From assembly GCA_016926175.1 (NCBI GenBank), contig JAFGPA010000009.1, positions 54-64,053 on the forward strand: a DNA stretch of 64,000 bases, given 5' to 3'. The notes beneath the pieces were generated by a model that saw nothing but the letters and a program-made list of their open reading frames with translations, searched no databases and had not been told where the DNA came from. Every line of letters starts with the position of its first letter. The first letter of the stretch is position 1. Source of the stretch: Candidatus Micrarchaeota archaeon (GTDB lineage: Archaea; Micrarchaeota; Micrarchaeia; Anstonellales; Bilamarchaeaceae). This document shows positions 38,082 to 47,401 of this stretch, one piece after another. Both the position numbers and the translations under genes were made by a program.

Positions 38082-38466
38082 AATTTAAATGCTTCTGGTG
38101 CTCGATTTTTATGCAGTGGTTCATTATGACGGCAATCCCGGATTTTTCAGCTTTCTTTGCAGCTTCTTCATTGACAATGCCAAGCTGCATCCACACTACC
38201 GAAGCTCTGATTTTTATTGCATCATCAACTACTCCGGGAACAAATTCGCTTTTTCTGAAAATATCAACGACATCGACTTTTTCTTCAATTTCCAGCAATG
38301 ATTTGTATGATCTGATTCCGTTCCATTCCCTGATATTGGGATTGACCGGAATGACTTTATAGCCATTTTTAATGAGATACGCTGCGACCTGGTAGCTTGC
38401 CTTTTCTGGTTTTTCAGACAGTCCGACAACGGCTATTGTTACTGCTTTCCGGAGAATCTCTTCCAT
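38050..38466 (-). CDS. CoA-binding domain protein (YccU/YneT-like)
   Basis: IAVVGLSEKPEKASYQVAAYLIKNGYKVIPVNP. Confidence 0.85.
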   Translation of the reverse strand: MEEILRKAVTIAVVGLSEKPEKASYQVAAYLIKNGYKVIPVNPNIREWNGIRSYKSLLEIEEKVDVVDIFRKSEFVPGVVDDAIKIRASVVWMQLGIVNEEAAKKAEKSGIAVIMNHCIKIEHQKHLNYEKRERTYES

Positions 38467-38503
38467 GCTAATAGTTTATAAACTTCTTTTCTTATTCTTT
38501 GTC

Positions 38504-38782
38504 ATGACAAAAGTAGTAAAGCGAAGGGGAAAGGAAGAGCCTTTTGATGAAAAAAAGTTTTACGACTCTGTTTTTTCGGCATGCAAGGAATGTGATCTGG
38601 GAGATGACGATGCAAGGAAAATTTCTGATAAGGTTACTGCAGATATCAACAAATTTGTAGGGTCCAGGGATGAAATCAACACTACTGAGATATTTGCCTA
38701 TGCGCTCCAGCTTCTTGCCCAGCATCACGAAGCCGTTGCTTTCATGTATCAGACGCACAGAGACCTTTCCTCGAAAGTATGA
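38504..38782 (+). CDS. ATP-cone domain protein
   Basis: MTKVVKRRGKEEPFDEKKFYDSV... is a typical ATP-cone start. Start moved to ATG 38504. Confidence 0.7.
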   Translation: MTKVVKRRGKEEPFDEKKFYDSVFSACKECDLGDDDARKISDKVTADINKFVGSRDEINTTEIFAYALQLLAQHHEAVAFMYQTHRDLSSKV

Positions 38783-38920
38783 ATGCACCTGCAGCTGAAA
38801 ACAGCTATGGCGCAGTCTGAATCATAGCATAACTCTATTGCAGGAAAAAGCGCCTGCAGCAAAGGCAAATCGAAATTTTGCAATTGGCTGATTTAAAAAA
38901 TATACTGTGGAAGTTATTTT

Positions 38921-39091
38921 ATGACCGATATCATAGCGGCAAAAAAACTCGGAAAACTTTTGAAAGCAGCAGATGAAGCTTATCTTAAGGAAAATGGCCA
39001 AAAAGGGGAAGACTGGGCGCAATGGTGCGGACAGTGGATACACAACAAGCTCAAGGAAGAAGAGGAAAAAGGAATATGTGAGTTCTGCTAA
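38921..39091 (+). CDS. Small Trp-rich hypothetical protein translationally coupled to uppP
   Basis: 56-codon ORF (MTDIIAAKKLGKLLKAADEAYLKENGQKGEDWAQWCGQWIHNKLKEEEEKGICEFC). Its TAA overlaps the uppP ATG as TAATG. Confidence 0.45.
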   Translation: MTDIIAAKKLGKLLKAADEAYLKENGQKGEDWAQWCGQWIHNKLKEEEEKGICEFC

Positions 39092-39849
39092 TGGAACTGA
39101 CTGAGGCAGTCGTTCTGGGCATCATACAGGGATTGTCGGAATGGCTTCCGATAAGCTCTGAAGGAATGGTGACTCTTGCAGGGCGGTTTTTATTTGATTC
39201 ACAGTACCAGGATGCCCTGGGCTCGGCAATATGGCTGCACACGGGCACTACAATATCTGCACTGGTATACTTCCGCAATGATATCCTCGAAATCCTGAAA
39301 ATGGCAAACAGGCATCTGTTTCTCTTTCTTCTGATCTCAACTCTCTCAACTGCGATAACTGCTGTGCCCCTTCTCATTCTTGCCCTGAATCTTGAGATCC
39401 CTGAATCGCTGTTCACTATAATGATAGGCATTTTCCTTCTGGGCATTGCCTGGCTCCACAAAACAAGGAAAATTTCCGGACAACAAAAACAGCTGACTGA
39501 TAAAAATGCATTTGTGGCAGGCATTATACAGGGATTTGCAATACTCCCCGGACTGAGTCGCTCAGGACTTACCATTGCAACCCTTCTGGGCCAGAAATAT
39601 CCGCTGCACCAGTCATTCAGGCTCAGCTTCCTTATGAGCATTCCCGTAACCTCTGCAGTTCAGATTGTTTATCCTCTCGCAAAAGGGGAATTTTCTGTAT
39701 CTGCAGAACTGCTTGCCGGAACAATAGCTGCTGCCGTGGTTGGCCTGCTCACAATAAAATATCTGATGGAACTATCTGAAAAAATCAACTTTTCAACGGC
39801 GACCTTTGCCCTTGGTGCGCTTGTAATTGTTCTTGGGTTTATAATTTGA
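39091..39849 (+). CDS. uppP: Undecaprenyl-diphosphate phosphatase (BacA/UppP family)
   Basis: GIIQGLSEWLPISSEGM and GIIQGFAILPGLSRSG motifs. Polytopic membrane protein. Confidence 0.88.
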   Translation: MELTEAVVLGIIQGLSEWLPISSEGMVTLAGRFLFDSQYQDALGSAIWLHTGTTISALVYFRNDILEILKMANRHLFLFLLISTLSTAITAVPLLILALNLEIPESLFTIMIGIFLLGIAWLHKTRKISGQQKQLTDKNAFVAGIIQGFAILPGLSRSGLTIATLLGQKYPLHQSFRLSFLMSIPVTSAVQIVYPLAKGEFSVSAELLAGTIAAAVVGLLTIKYLMELSEKINFSTATFALGALVIVLGFII

Positions 39850-40995
39850 ATCTCTTCTTGGCCTGTATTTTTCAGTGTGTTCTGCTCTTCTTTCAGTATA
39901 TCCTTCCTTCATCCAGGCAAAATCAGGATGGTCTTCTCTCATCCTTTCTTCACGGCTTTCCCTTCTTATTATGAAATTGATTACCCTGCCTGTTGATCCC
40001 ATCCTTCCGGTTCTTCCTACCCTGTGAAGGTGGGTTTCATCGCTTTCTGCCTGGTCATAGTTGATTATGAGCCCAAGATCATCAATGTGCAGGCCTCTTG
40101 CAGCAACATTAGTTGCTACCATTATCTCAAGTTTGCCTTTTTTGAAAAGCTCTATCATGCTGTTTCGGCTGGCCTGACTCATATCTCCCTGCAAAATGCC
40201 TACATTCTGCAATCCCTTTTGCTTGAGCCTGTCAGTGAGCCATGATGTCCCCCTTTTTGTCTCCATGAAAATAAGGGTCTTTATGCCGGCATGCCTTTGC
40301 AGTATTCTCACAAGCTGTGAAAGTTTTCCACGCTGGGTTGTTTCAACGTGTTCTTCCCTTATTGTAGAGACAATTTCCTTTTCCCCAACTTCTATTGTCT
40401 GTGCCTCTGGAATGTGTTTCGATGCTATGCTCATTATGCTTTCATCAATGGTTGCCGATAAAAGTATCATGAGCTTTTCCTTTGGCAGAGCATCAAGAAC
40501 TTCCGTCATTTCATCCTGGAATCCAAGATCAAGCATATGGTCAGCTTCATCAAGAACTACAGTTTCAAATTCATTCATCCTTACAATCCCTCTCCGGTTA
40601 AGGTCGAGCAGCCTTCCAGGCGTTGCCACAAGTATCTCATAGCCGCCCTTAAGGTCATTGATCTGGGTGTTTATGCTCTGGCCCCCATACACTGCAAATA
40701 TCCCGGAGTACTGGTCCTTTCCGATTGCCTTTACTTCTTTGCATACCTGTATTGCCAGTTCCCGCGTCGGGGTAAGGATCAGGGCTTTTTTAGTATCCCC
40801 GTTTGCAAGTCTTTCAACCAATCCGATTCCAAACGCAGCGGTTTTGCCTGTTCCTGTCTGGCTTCTGACAACAAGATTTTTCCCCTTTATTATCTCAGGA
40901 ATCGTCTTTATCTGGACCTCTGTTGGCTCTTTATATCCGAGAGCTTCAAGGGCCCCCAGTGTTTTTTCATTTAAATTTAATTCTGTGAATTTCAT
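39793..40995 (-). CDS. DEAD-box ATP-dependent RNA helicase
   Basis: Q motif, SQTGTGKT, PTRELA, DEAD, SAT, HRVGRTGR. Basic C-terminal tail. Confidence 0.92.
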   Translation of the reverse strand: MKFTELNLNEKTLGALEALGYKEPTEVQIKTIPEIIKGKNLVVRSQTGTGKTAAFGIGLVERLANGDTKKALILTPTRELAIQVCKEVKAIGKDQYSGIFAVYGGQSINTQINDLKGGYEILVATPGRLLDLNRRGIVRMNEFETVVLDEADHMLDLGFQDEMTEVLDALPKEKLMILLSATIDESIMSIASKHIPEAQTIEVGEKEIVSTIREEHVETTQRGKLSQLVRILQRHAGIKTLIFMETKRGTSWLTDRLKQKGLQNVGILQGDMSQASRNSMIELFKKGKLEIMVATNVAARGLHIDDLGLIINYDQAESDETHLHRVGRTGRMGSTGRVINFIIRRESREERMREDHPDFAWMKEGYTERRAEHTEKYRPRRDSNYKPKNNYKRTKGKGRR

Positions 40996-41081
40996 TTTCT
41001 CACTTAAAATAAGAATATATTTTTTTTAAAAAAATTTCTTATGCTTAACTATCTCTCTTTGGTACTTTACACCTTAAAAAC

Positions 41082-41897
41082 CTATTTGTATGTGAAAAAA
41101 CCGGCATAAACCGGATAATGGTCTGAAACAGCCTCAGCCTGTTTTTGATCCAGCCCATATTCAAGATCAAATCTGAACACCCCGCTTACGCCATTGTATT
41201 CATCTGTTTCTTTTGTTATCACTATCCTGTCATATGTGCAGTTTGTGCTTTTTGTTGTGGTGTCCTCGTCATTGCCAATCAGCCATTGGTATGGCCTGTC
41301 CTGCATCTCATCAAAATAAGAGCAGTCTGCGTTGAAATCGCCCATTACTATGATATCTCCGGGAATACTTTCAATCACCGTTTCCAGCGCAGCTATCTCC
41401 TGAAAGGCCTCATCGGGATCAACATGAATTGCTGCAATTGTGAACGTGAAATTTCCGGATCTGAATTCTGCAATATAAGGTTCCCTGTGAAACTGGTCTT
41501 CGCTGTCATTGTACGTATAGTTGTTTAGAAGCACTACTTTTTCCGTATTATAGAAGTATGCGTACTGCTCTTTGCTTGTTGTTCTTCCAAGGCGTGGCCC
41601 CACAGTGAGTCTATAGCTGCCATTTTCATTCACTTTATCAAGCAGGGCGGATATGGCAGTTCCGCTGCTGTCCCTGATCTCCTGGACAGCTACAATGTCA
41701 AAATTTCTTATTGTTTTTGCAAGAATTTCCATTACCTGGCCATCAGATGCCTTTGAAATGCCAAAAACCTGTATGTTAAATGCTGCGACAGTGATGCTTG
41801 TTGCAGTTGTATTGTTATGAATTTTTTCATTATTCTGTTCTGGCGCTTCCAGCGCCACACATCCAAAAAGCAGCAAAATAACAATTATTGTTCTCAT
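41082..41897 (-). CDS. Secreted DNase I-family endonuclease (EEP superfamily)
   Basis: Signal peptide. VAAFNIQVFG, AVQEIRD, IAAIHVDP, MGDFNADCSY, YDRIVI, VSDHYPVY mirror the DNase I catalytic blocks. Confidence 0.88.
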   Translation of the reverse strand: MRTIIVILLLFGCVALEAPEQNNEKIHNNTTATSITVAAFNIQVFGISKASDGQVMEILAKTIRNFDIVAVQEIRDSSGTAISALLDKVNENGSYRLTVGPRLGRTTSKEQYAYFYNTEKVVLLNNYTYNDSEDQFHREPYIAEFRSGNFTFTIAAIHVDPDEAFQEIAALETVIESIPGDIIVMGDFNADCSYFDEMQDRPYQWLIGNDEDTTTKSTNCTYDRIVITKETDEYNGVSGVFRFDLEYGLDQKQAEAVSDHYPVYAGFFTYK

Positions 41898-41920
41898 AAA
41901 TTAAAAACAAGGCAAAAATT

Positions 41921-42031
41921 TTAGAAGATGACCATGAGCAGAGGAGCCATGAAAAGCAGCAGGGTTATTATAAGAGCTATGTACTCCACAACCACCATCC
42001 TTGCCATTCTATTTTCATCGTTCACGTACAT
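41921..42031 (-). CDS. Possible 36-aa hydrophobic peptide upstream of the DNase gene
   Basis: MYVNDENRMARMVVVEYIALIITLLLFMAPLLMVIF. Ends 23 nt before the DNase ATG, with an AT-rich tatatata element upstream. Too short to be sure. Confidence 0.25.
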   Translation of the reverse strand: MYVNDENRMARMVVVEYIALIITLLLFMAPLLMVIF

Positions 42032-42589
42032 TTTAGTCACCCATACTATATAGAAAACTAGTTCTATATATATTTTTTTCCTAATTTTTTGTGGCTAAGA
42101 CTAATTTTACTAGTGTTTTTGTGTTGTCAGCTACATTATTCACGTCGTTAAACGCCTGCAACAACCTCTTCCGGTTTTTTCAATGGATTTTTACAGGTAA
42201 AGTGAAAGGATAGTGGTCAAAAGTATCTTTATAAGATGGGAAATACGCTAAGCAGAACCCGGAAAGGGTTCAGCCTAGGATATCGCGTCTTCCACCATTA
42301 TATGTATGAATCCGAAAGAATCCTTGAAGCTTCTCTCGCGGTTCATTTCATACCTTAATCTTACAACCCCCCTCATGATTATATTAGGTATGCAGTGATT
42401 TATATAGTTTTTCTTTAATTTTATGTTGCTAAGCATAGTTTTTGGCTAATTTCCTGTAAATTACATGTAAAAAGTGGAAAAAATTAGTGAAAAATGGACA
42501 ATTATTGTTTCAATCAGATAGCTATATTAGTCTTTCCCTCTATTTTTCTATGTGATTTTATGGGAACTAAAGGGATAGCTATAGTGAAA

Positions 42590-43054
42590 ATGGATGTCAA
42601 GGAGCTTATTGAACTTCTTAACAGTGCACTTGCAGATGAATGGCTTGCTTATTATCAGTACTGGACCGGTGCAAAGGTTGTCAAGGGCCCTATGAGGACG
42701 AATGTTCAGAGAGAACTTGATGAGCATGCGGGCGAGGAGCTTGAACATGCAAATATGCTTGCAGAAAGAATAATACAGCTTGGCGGAACACCGCTTCTTG
42801 ATCCGAAGGAATGGAGCAAGAAATCCAGCTGCGGCTATGAAGTGCCTTCTGATCCAAATGTAAGGATGATTCTTGAGCAAAACATCAAAGGAGAACAATG
42901 TGCAATTGTCGTTTATAATAAGATTCTTGAGAAAGTAAAAACAGGAAACGATCCAATCACCTTCAACATGGTAAGGAAAATAATGGAGGATGAGGTCAAG
43001 CACGAGCAGGAGCTTGAAGATCTTCTTGATGACCTGACGCTTCTTAGGAAATAA
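42590..43054 (+). CDS. Dps-like ferritin-superfamily protein (DPSL-type)
   Basis: Four-helix-bundle di-iron ligand pattern (EWLAYYQY, EELEHANMLAERI, EQCAIVVY, EDEVKHEQEL). Start set to MDVKELIELL; ATG 42560 is also possible. Confidence 0.82.
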   Translation: MDVKELIELLNSALADEWLAYYQYWTGAKVVKGPMRTNVQRELDEHAGEELEHANMLAERIIQLGGTPLLDPKEWSKKSSCGYEVPSDPNVRMILEQNIKGEQCAIVVYNKILEKVKTGNDPITFNMVRKIMEDEVKHEQELEDLLDDLTLLRK

Positions 43055-43221
43055 AGGCAATTGCAAAGAAGGCTTCTGCAATTGAAACCATAAGCTCCTT
43101 TATGGTTTATCAAGTGCCTGATGCTATTGCCGGCAGATTTATTTGAATTTTACGTATATTTTTTTGAAATTTTTTATTTTTGAATCAAATTTTTTAAAAA
43201 ATACCGTGCTTAGCAACATCT

Positions 43222-44526
43222 TTACTTTTGCAAGCCAGAAATCATTTTTCCGAGTATTGGCGGCACTATGAGTGTGGTAATAAGTGCCACTGCTGATATT
43301 ACTGAGTATTCTATGGAATTGAGTATCCCTGTTGTAAGGCCTATGGATGCTACGATGAGCGCCACTTCCCCTCTCGGAACAATGCCCATACCTATTATCC
43401 CTGCCTCTTTTTTTGTTATGCTACAAAATGGAATGGCAATGAAAGGAGCTACAAACTTGCTTGCAACGGCAATTATGCTTATGGCCACTATCGCTCCAAA
43501 CGACATCCACAGACTGTTGATATCAAAGAAAATTCCGAGACTTATGAAAAATATCGGAAGAAACAGCTGTTCGAGGCCATATGTTTTTTCCTCCAGATCT
43601 CTGGAATGTTTGCTTTGATTGAGTACAATTCCTGCAAGGAATGCCCCGACAATTGCAGAAAGTTTTATGTATTCTGCTACGTAGGCATAGAAGAGCATGA
43701 ATGCCATTGCCGCCAGAAATCTCCTGTTGCTCATCTCCTTTCTGTCTATGTATTCTATGAAAGTTTTGCCCGCCATCACTCCCCCTGCCAGGAATACCAT
43801 GACGCTTAAGAGGGTGAGTCCAATATCCAGGAATGATCCTCCACTCCCTATATTGATGACGAATGAGAGAACAAGCAGGCTCAGTATGTCGTCTATTACT
43901 GCCGCACCTATTATTATTCTGGCGTATCTCTCCTGCAAAAGCTTATACTCTTTGAGAACTGCCACTGTTACGCCCACGCTGGTTGCAGTCAGTGCCGCTC
44001 CGAGAAACATCGAATATGCAAAGCTTCCGCCATAGAACAGTGCAAATCCGGCACCTGCAGCAAAAGGAACAAGAACTCCGACAAATGCGATTATAATATT
44101 CTCTTTTGAGAAGATATTGTCTATCTTGTTGTGAAGCCCCACCTTGAAAAGAAGGATTACGGCGCCAAGCTGGGCAAATACATGCAATATGTCCTCCATC
44201 CTGAAAATGTCCGGCGGATGCTCCGGTATGTCAATGGGAAGTGTCTTGAGCAGCTGCCAGCCAAATTCTGTAAAGCTCGGGCTCATGAGAATACCAAGCA
44301 GCATAAGGATCATTACCGAAGGCTGCCTGAAATAGATGACTGCAAGCTCTCCAATCATTGCAAGGAGAAGAAGGAAGACAATTTCGAAATATACGTGTTT
44401 GTCCTGCTCCACCTGCTCGAAAAGACTGGCCCTGATGATTGTGAACATCAGGACAAGGAATACTCCGAGCACCAGGAGTGTTGCAATCTTTTTCATGCTC
44501 AGATCTTTTCTCAAACAATTTTTCAA
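43222..44526 (-). CDS. Cation:proton antiporter (CPA2 / Kef-type membrane domain)
   Basis: 434 aa, about 12 TMs, Na_H_exchanger-like. Confidence 0.8.
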   Translation of the reverse strand: MKNCLRKDLSMKKIATLLVLGVFLVLMFTIIRASLFEQVEQDKHVYFEIVFLLLLAMIGELAVIYFRQPSVMILMLLGILMSPSFTEFGWQLLKTLPIDIPEHPPDIFRMEDILHVFAQLGAVILLFKVGLHNKIDNIFSKENIIIAFVGVLVPFAAGAGFALFYGGSFAYSMFLGAALTATSVGVTVAVLKEYKLLQERYARIIIGAAVIDDILSLLVLSFVINIGSGGSFLDIGLTLLSVMVFLAGGVMAGKTFIEYIDRKEMSNRRFLAAMAFMLFYAYVAEYIKLSAIVGAFLAGIVLNQSKHSRDLEEKTYGLEQLFLPIFFISLGIFFDINSLWMSFGAIVAISIIAVASKFVAPFIAIPFCSITKKEAGIIGMGIVPRGEVALIVASIGLTTGILNSIEYSVISAVALITTLIVPPILGKMISGLQK

Positions 44527-44581
44527 TGTGATGCCGGATTTGGGTAAAATTATTTAAGCAATCAAAACATACTTCCATTGA

Positions 44582-44884
44582 ATGGATTCACAGACGCGCC
44601 TGCTTTACTGGCTTTTAAACGCATCCAGGGGAGGCCCCACAAGATTGCGCATTATCAGAATCCTTGCTGCAAAACCAATGAATATGCGCCAGCTTTCCCT
44701 AGCCGCAAATCTTGATTATAAGACCGTCCAGGGGCACATCGAACTTCTTGTGGAGGAAGGTATTCTCCAGACCCCGAAGAAGAAATACGGATCGGTGTAT
44801 TTCCTCAGTTCTGAATGGGAGGACAATGAATATTTATCTGAAATAATGAAAGGTGATAAAAATGAAAGAAAAAAAAGAAAATAA
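44582..44884 (+). CDS. ArsR-like wHTH transcriptional regulator
   Basis: RLRIIRILAAKPMNMRQLSLAANLDYKTVQGHIELLVEEGIL. Confidence 0.7.
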   Translation: MDSQTRLLYWLLNASRGGPTRLRIIRILAAKPMNMRQLSLAANLDYKTVQGHIELLVEEGILQTPKKKYGSVYFLSSEWEDNEYLSEIMKGDKNERKKRK

Positions 44885-45302
44885 TCTCACTTTTAAGTCA
44901 ATTGGCGGAGCGGTTCTGGCTCTGCTGCTTTCCCTGACCCTTATGCTGGTTGCCAATGCTGCATTGCCTTTCAGGCATTTTGGGCCTGGAACTGAATCTC
45001 CAGGGCCATTCCAAGATGCTTTTGCGAACCTGTTCCTCATCCACGCAGTTCTGTCATTTGCAATGCTTGCCATGTCATTTTACCTGTTCTTCATTTATCT
45101 GAAGGATTACCTTCAGCTCAAAAGCAGGTTTACTGTCGGGCTTCTCCTTGCAGTTTTCTCATTCATGCTTTTTGCTGTGGCGGCGAATCCCTTTCTCCAT
45201 GTATTCTTTGGAGTCTATGGAAGGAGCGGCATATTCCAGCTCATACCATACTTCTTTGCCTCTGTTTCCCTTGCAATACTGCTCTGGGTGAGTTCAAAGT
45301 AG
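44853..45302 (+). CDS. Small polytopic membrane protein
   Basis: About 4 predicted TMs. Overlaps the end of the wHTH gene, which suggests an operon. Confidence 0.55.
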   Translation: MIKMKEKKENNLTFKSIGGAVLALLLSLTLMLVANAALPFRHFGPGTESPGPFQDAFANLFLIHAVLSFAMLAMSFYLFFIYLKDYLQLKSRFTVGLLLAVFSFMLFAVAANPFLHVFFGVYGRSGIFQLIPYFFASVSLAILLWVSSK

Positions 45303-45381
45303 ATCAAAATCAGGCGTAATTTGGGGGCTATTCCGGCAAATCCTTTTATAAAAAGCTGCACTGGTCATTTCCGGTGAAACA

Positions 45382-45828
45382 ATGACCAACAAGATTTTGA
45401 TAGCAGCCCTTGCCATTTTCGGCATTCTGGGCCTGAGCTTTGCCTGGGGAGGATTCTTCATGAATATTCCGGATGAAGCAAAAGAGCAAATGCAGGAGGC
45501 ATTTGAAGCAAAGGATTTTGAAACTATGAAAGCGCTCAGAGAACAGTATGCGCCGCAAGTTAATGAAACCCTGATGGAAGAAACAAATGCCATCAGGGAT
45601 CAGATACATGATGCGATGGTTTCAGGAGACTATGAAACAGCAAAGGAGCTGCACGAACAGTTCCGTGATCTTATGCCAGGAAGGGGAATTGGCCACGGAA
45701 CAATGGGACCAAGAGGTATGCACAGGTTCGAAGGAGAATGTATCAGACCAATGGAATCAGGGAGTATGCAGGGGTTCGGAAGAGGGGGGTGTAACTGTCC
45801 GGGTAATGCTGAGGGCCCTAGTGAATAG
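45382..45828 (+). CDS. Secreted helical protein with Gly/Arg/Met-rich tail
   Basis: Signal peptide, Glu/Lys-rich helices, then PGRGIGHGTMGPRGMHRF...GFGRGGCNCPG. Confidence 0.55.
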   Translation: MTNKILIAALAIFGILGLSFAWGGFFMNIPDEAKEQMQEAFEAKDFETMKALREQYAPQVNETLMEETNAIRDQIHDAMVSGDYETAKELHEQFRDLMPGRGIGHGTMGPRGMHRFEGECIRPMESGSMQGFGRGGCNCPGNAEGPSE

Positions 45829-46119
45829 TCATTTATGCTGAGCCCGCAGGCACACTGGAATGATGTATTGGTCTGATTTCCAGTGTTGCCTATTTCAATT
45901 CTTTTTTCTGATTTTTTTCCATGAAGTTTGAAAGTTCCATTCAGTTTTCCTGCTCCTGGCAGGAACAACGGAAAGATAATGCAGGAACTGCAGCCGGGAA
46001 AGGGGCCCAACACCGGCAGATGAACCTGAAAATAGATGGTCAGGGCGTGGAACTGGTTCGCCATTTCAGGCCAAAGCCTTTCAAATAAATATTTATTTGT
46101 AATCCTCCTATGATTTTCC

Positions 46120-46386
46120 ATGCCTTATTCCAAAAATCCCCAAATAATAGACAAGGAGACTGATTCCGGTCTATTGCTATTCAATACTGATTCCGGCAGA
46201 ATGATGGAGCTTAATTCCACTGCAAGGCTGCTGTGGCAGAAGACAGGTGAAAGTTTTGAGCTTGCAGACCTCCGGGAGATAATAGAGAAAAACTGCAGCG
46301 AAGCCAATGGTATTGATGCTGACATTGAGGAATTCATAACAGCTGCAATAAAACACGGTCTGGTGACTGACAATGGAAAAAATTAA
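46120..46386 (+). CDS. PqqD-family (RiPP-recognition-element-like) protein
   Basis: 88 aa. GLLLFNTDSGRMMELNSTARLLWQKTGESFELADLREIIEK...DIEEFITAAIKHGLV matches the PqqD pattern. Confidence 0.75.
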   Translation: MPYSKNPQIIDKETDSGLLLFNTDSGRMMELNSTARLLWQKTGESFELADLREIIEKNCSEANGIDADIEEFITAAIKHGLVTDNGKN

Positions 46387-46432
46387 GTATGTGAAGCCGG
46401 AGATCAGGGAAGTCTGGGACGAAGATATTGGC

Positions 46433-47326
46433 TCACTTGGAGTATATTTGTTGGAGATGTAATTTTTTCATTTCATGTACATATCCATTGTGTACGCCTA
46501 GTTTCCAGAGGCGATGAAGGAATCCGAACATAATCCTGTCGCCAATGGGCTGTTTTTCAATTTTTGTGAGCTTTCCGAGATTTCTTTTTGGGAAAAGAAT
46601 TTCCCTTATTGTGGTTATCCTGTCCTTTTCAAGTTTTCCGCCATGCCTTTTTCCAATTATTGCAATTCCCACGCCCATAAGCCATGCCCTATGATAAAAT
46701 GGACCAAGTTTTCTTGGATCCTTATGGAAAACAACTGCATTATCAAGATTTTTCAAATAGTATCCCTTACGGATTATCTTTTGCGAAAGATGGATGTCCT
46801 CTACCCCAATCACACCCTCCTCAAAGATCCCTATATCAACAAGCGCAGTACGCCTGTAAAGAACGTTCATTGTTGGGAGGTGAATAGACCTTCCTCTAAA
46901 ATCAAGGTCCTTCCAAAGCCTGCAATAATCGCAATATCTGCTTATCACATTGTCTTTATGTGCCGTGATTACTGGCCCGCCAACTCCGGCGCATTTCCCA
47001 TCACTTGGAAATTCTTTCAACAATCCAGACAGCCAGCCTGCTTCAGGAAGACAGTCATCATCAGTGAATGCAATGAATCTTGCACCGGAATTCCTGACTC
47101 CAAGGTTCCGTGCCCTACCCGCACCTTTTTTCTCTTCTTCCAGGAACCTTATCATGCCTGCATTTGCCTTATCTTTAAGAAATCCCCTAGTGCCATCTGT
47201 TGATCCGTTGTCCACAACTATTATCTCAAATTTTTCTTTGGATAAATCTTGTTTTTCAAGAGCGGATATACATTCTTTTAGGTCTTCAATTCTATTAAGA
47301 GTAGGAATGACAACGCTGATTTCCAT
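46433..47326 (-). CDS. Family 2 glycosyltransferase
   Basis: SVVIPTLNR, IIVVDNGSTDGT, FTDDDC (DXD). Confidence 0.88.
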   Translation of the reverse strand: MEISVVIPTLNRIEDLKECISALEKQDLSKEKFEIIVVDNGSTDGTRGFLKDKANAGMIRFLEEEKKGAGRARNLGVRNSGARFIAFTDDDCLPEAGWLSGLLKEFPSDGKCAGVGGPVITAHKDNVISRYCDYCRLWKDLDFRGRSIHLPTMNVLYRRTALVDIGIFEEGVIGVEDIHLSQKIIRKGYYLKNLDNAVVFHKDPRKLGPFYHRAWLMGVGIAIIGKRHGGKLEKDRITTIREILFPKRNLGKLTKIEKQPIGDRIMFGFLHRLWKLGVHNGYVHEMKKLHLQQIYSK

Positions 47327-47401
47327 TATCTGTTAAGCATTGAAATCTATTTAAAGAATTGCCAATGCCTATTTATAATTTCTATAGCCACTGAAATAAC
47401 C

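Noticed and set aside
42423-43219. 13-nt inverted repeat atgttgctaagca / tgcttagcaacat flanking the Dps-like gene, considered as a possible MITE or cassette boundary.
   Set aside because: A 13-nt inverted match within ~1 kb is expected roughly once by chance in a 64-kb AT-biased window. There are no target-site duplications or further terminal similarity.
45630-46121. 163-aa minus-strand ORF spanning the gap between the secreted G/R-rich protein gene and the PqqD-like gene.
   Set aside because: It overlaps the 3' third of the better-supported plus-strand gene 45382-45828, has no recognisable motif and has an implausible composition. It was kept only as a caveat for the small plus-strand ORF at 45921.
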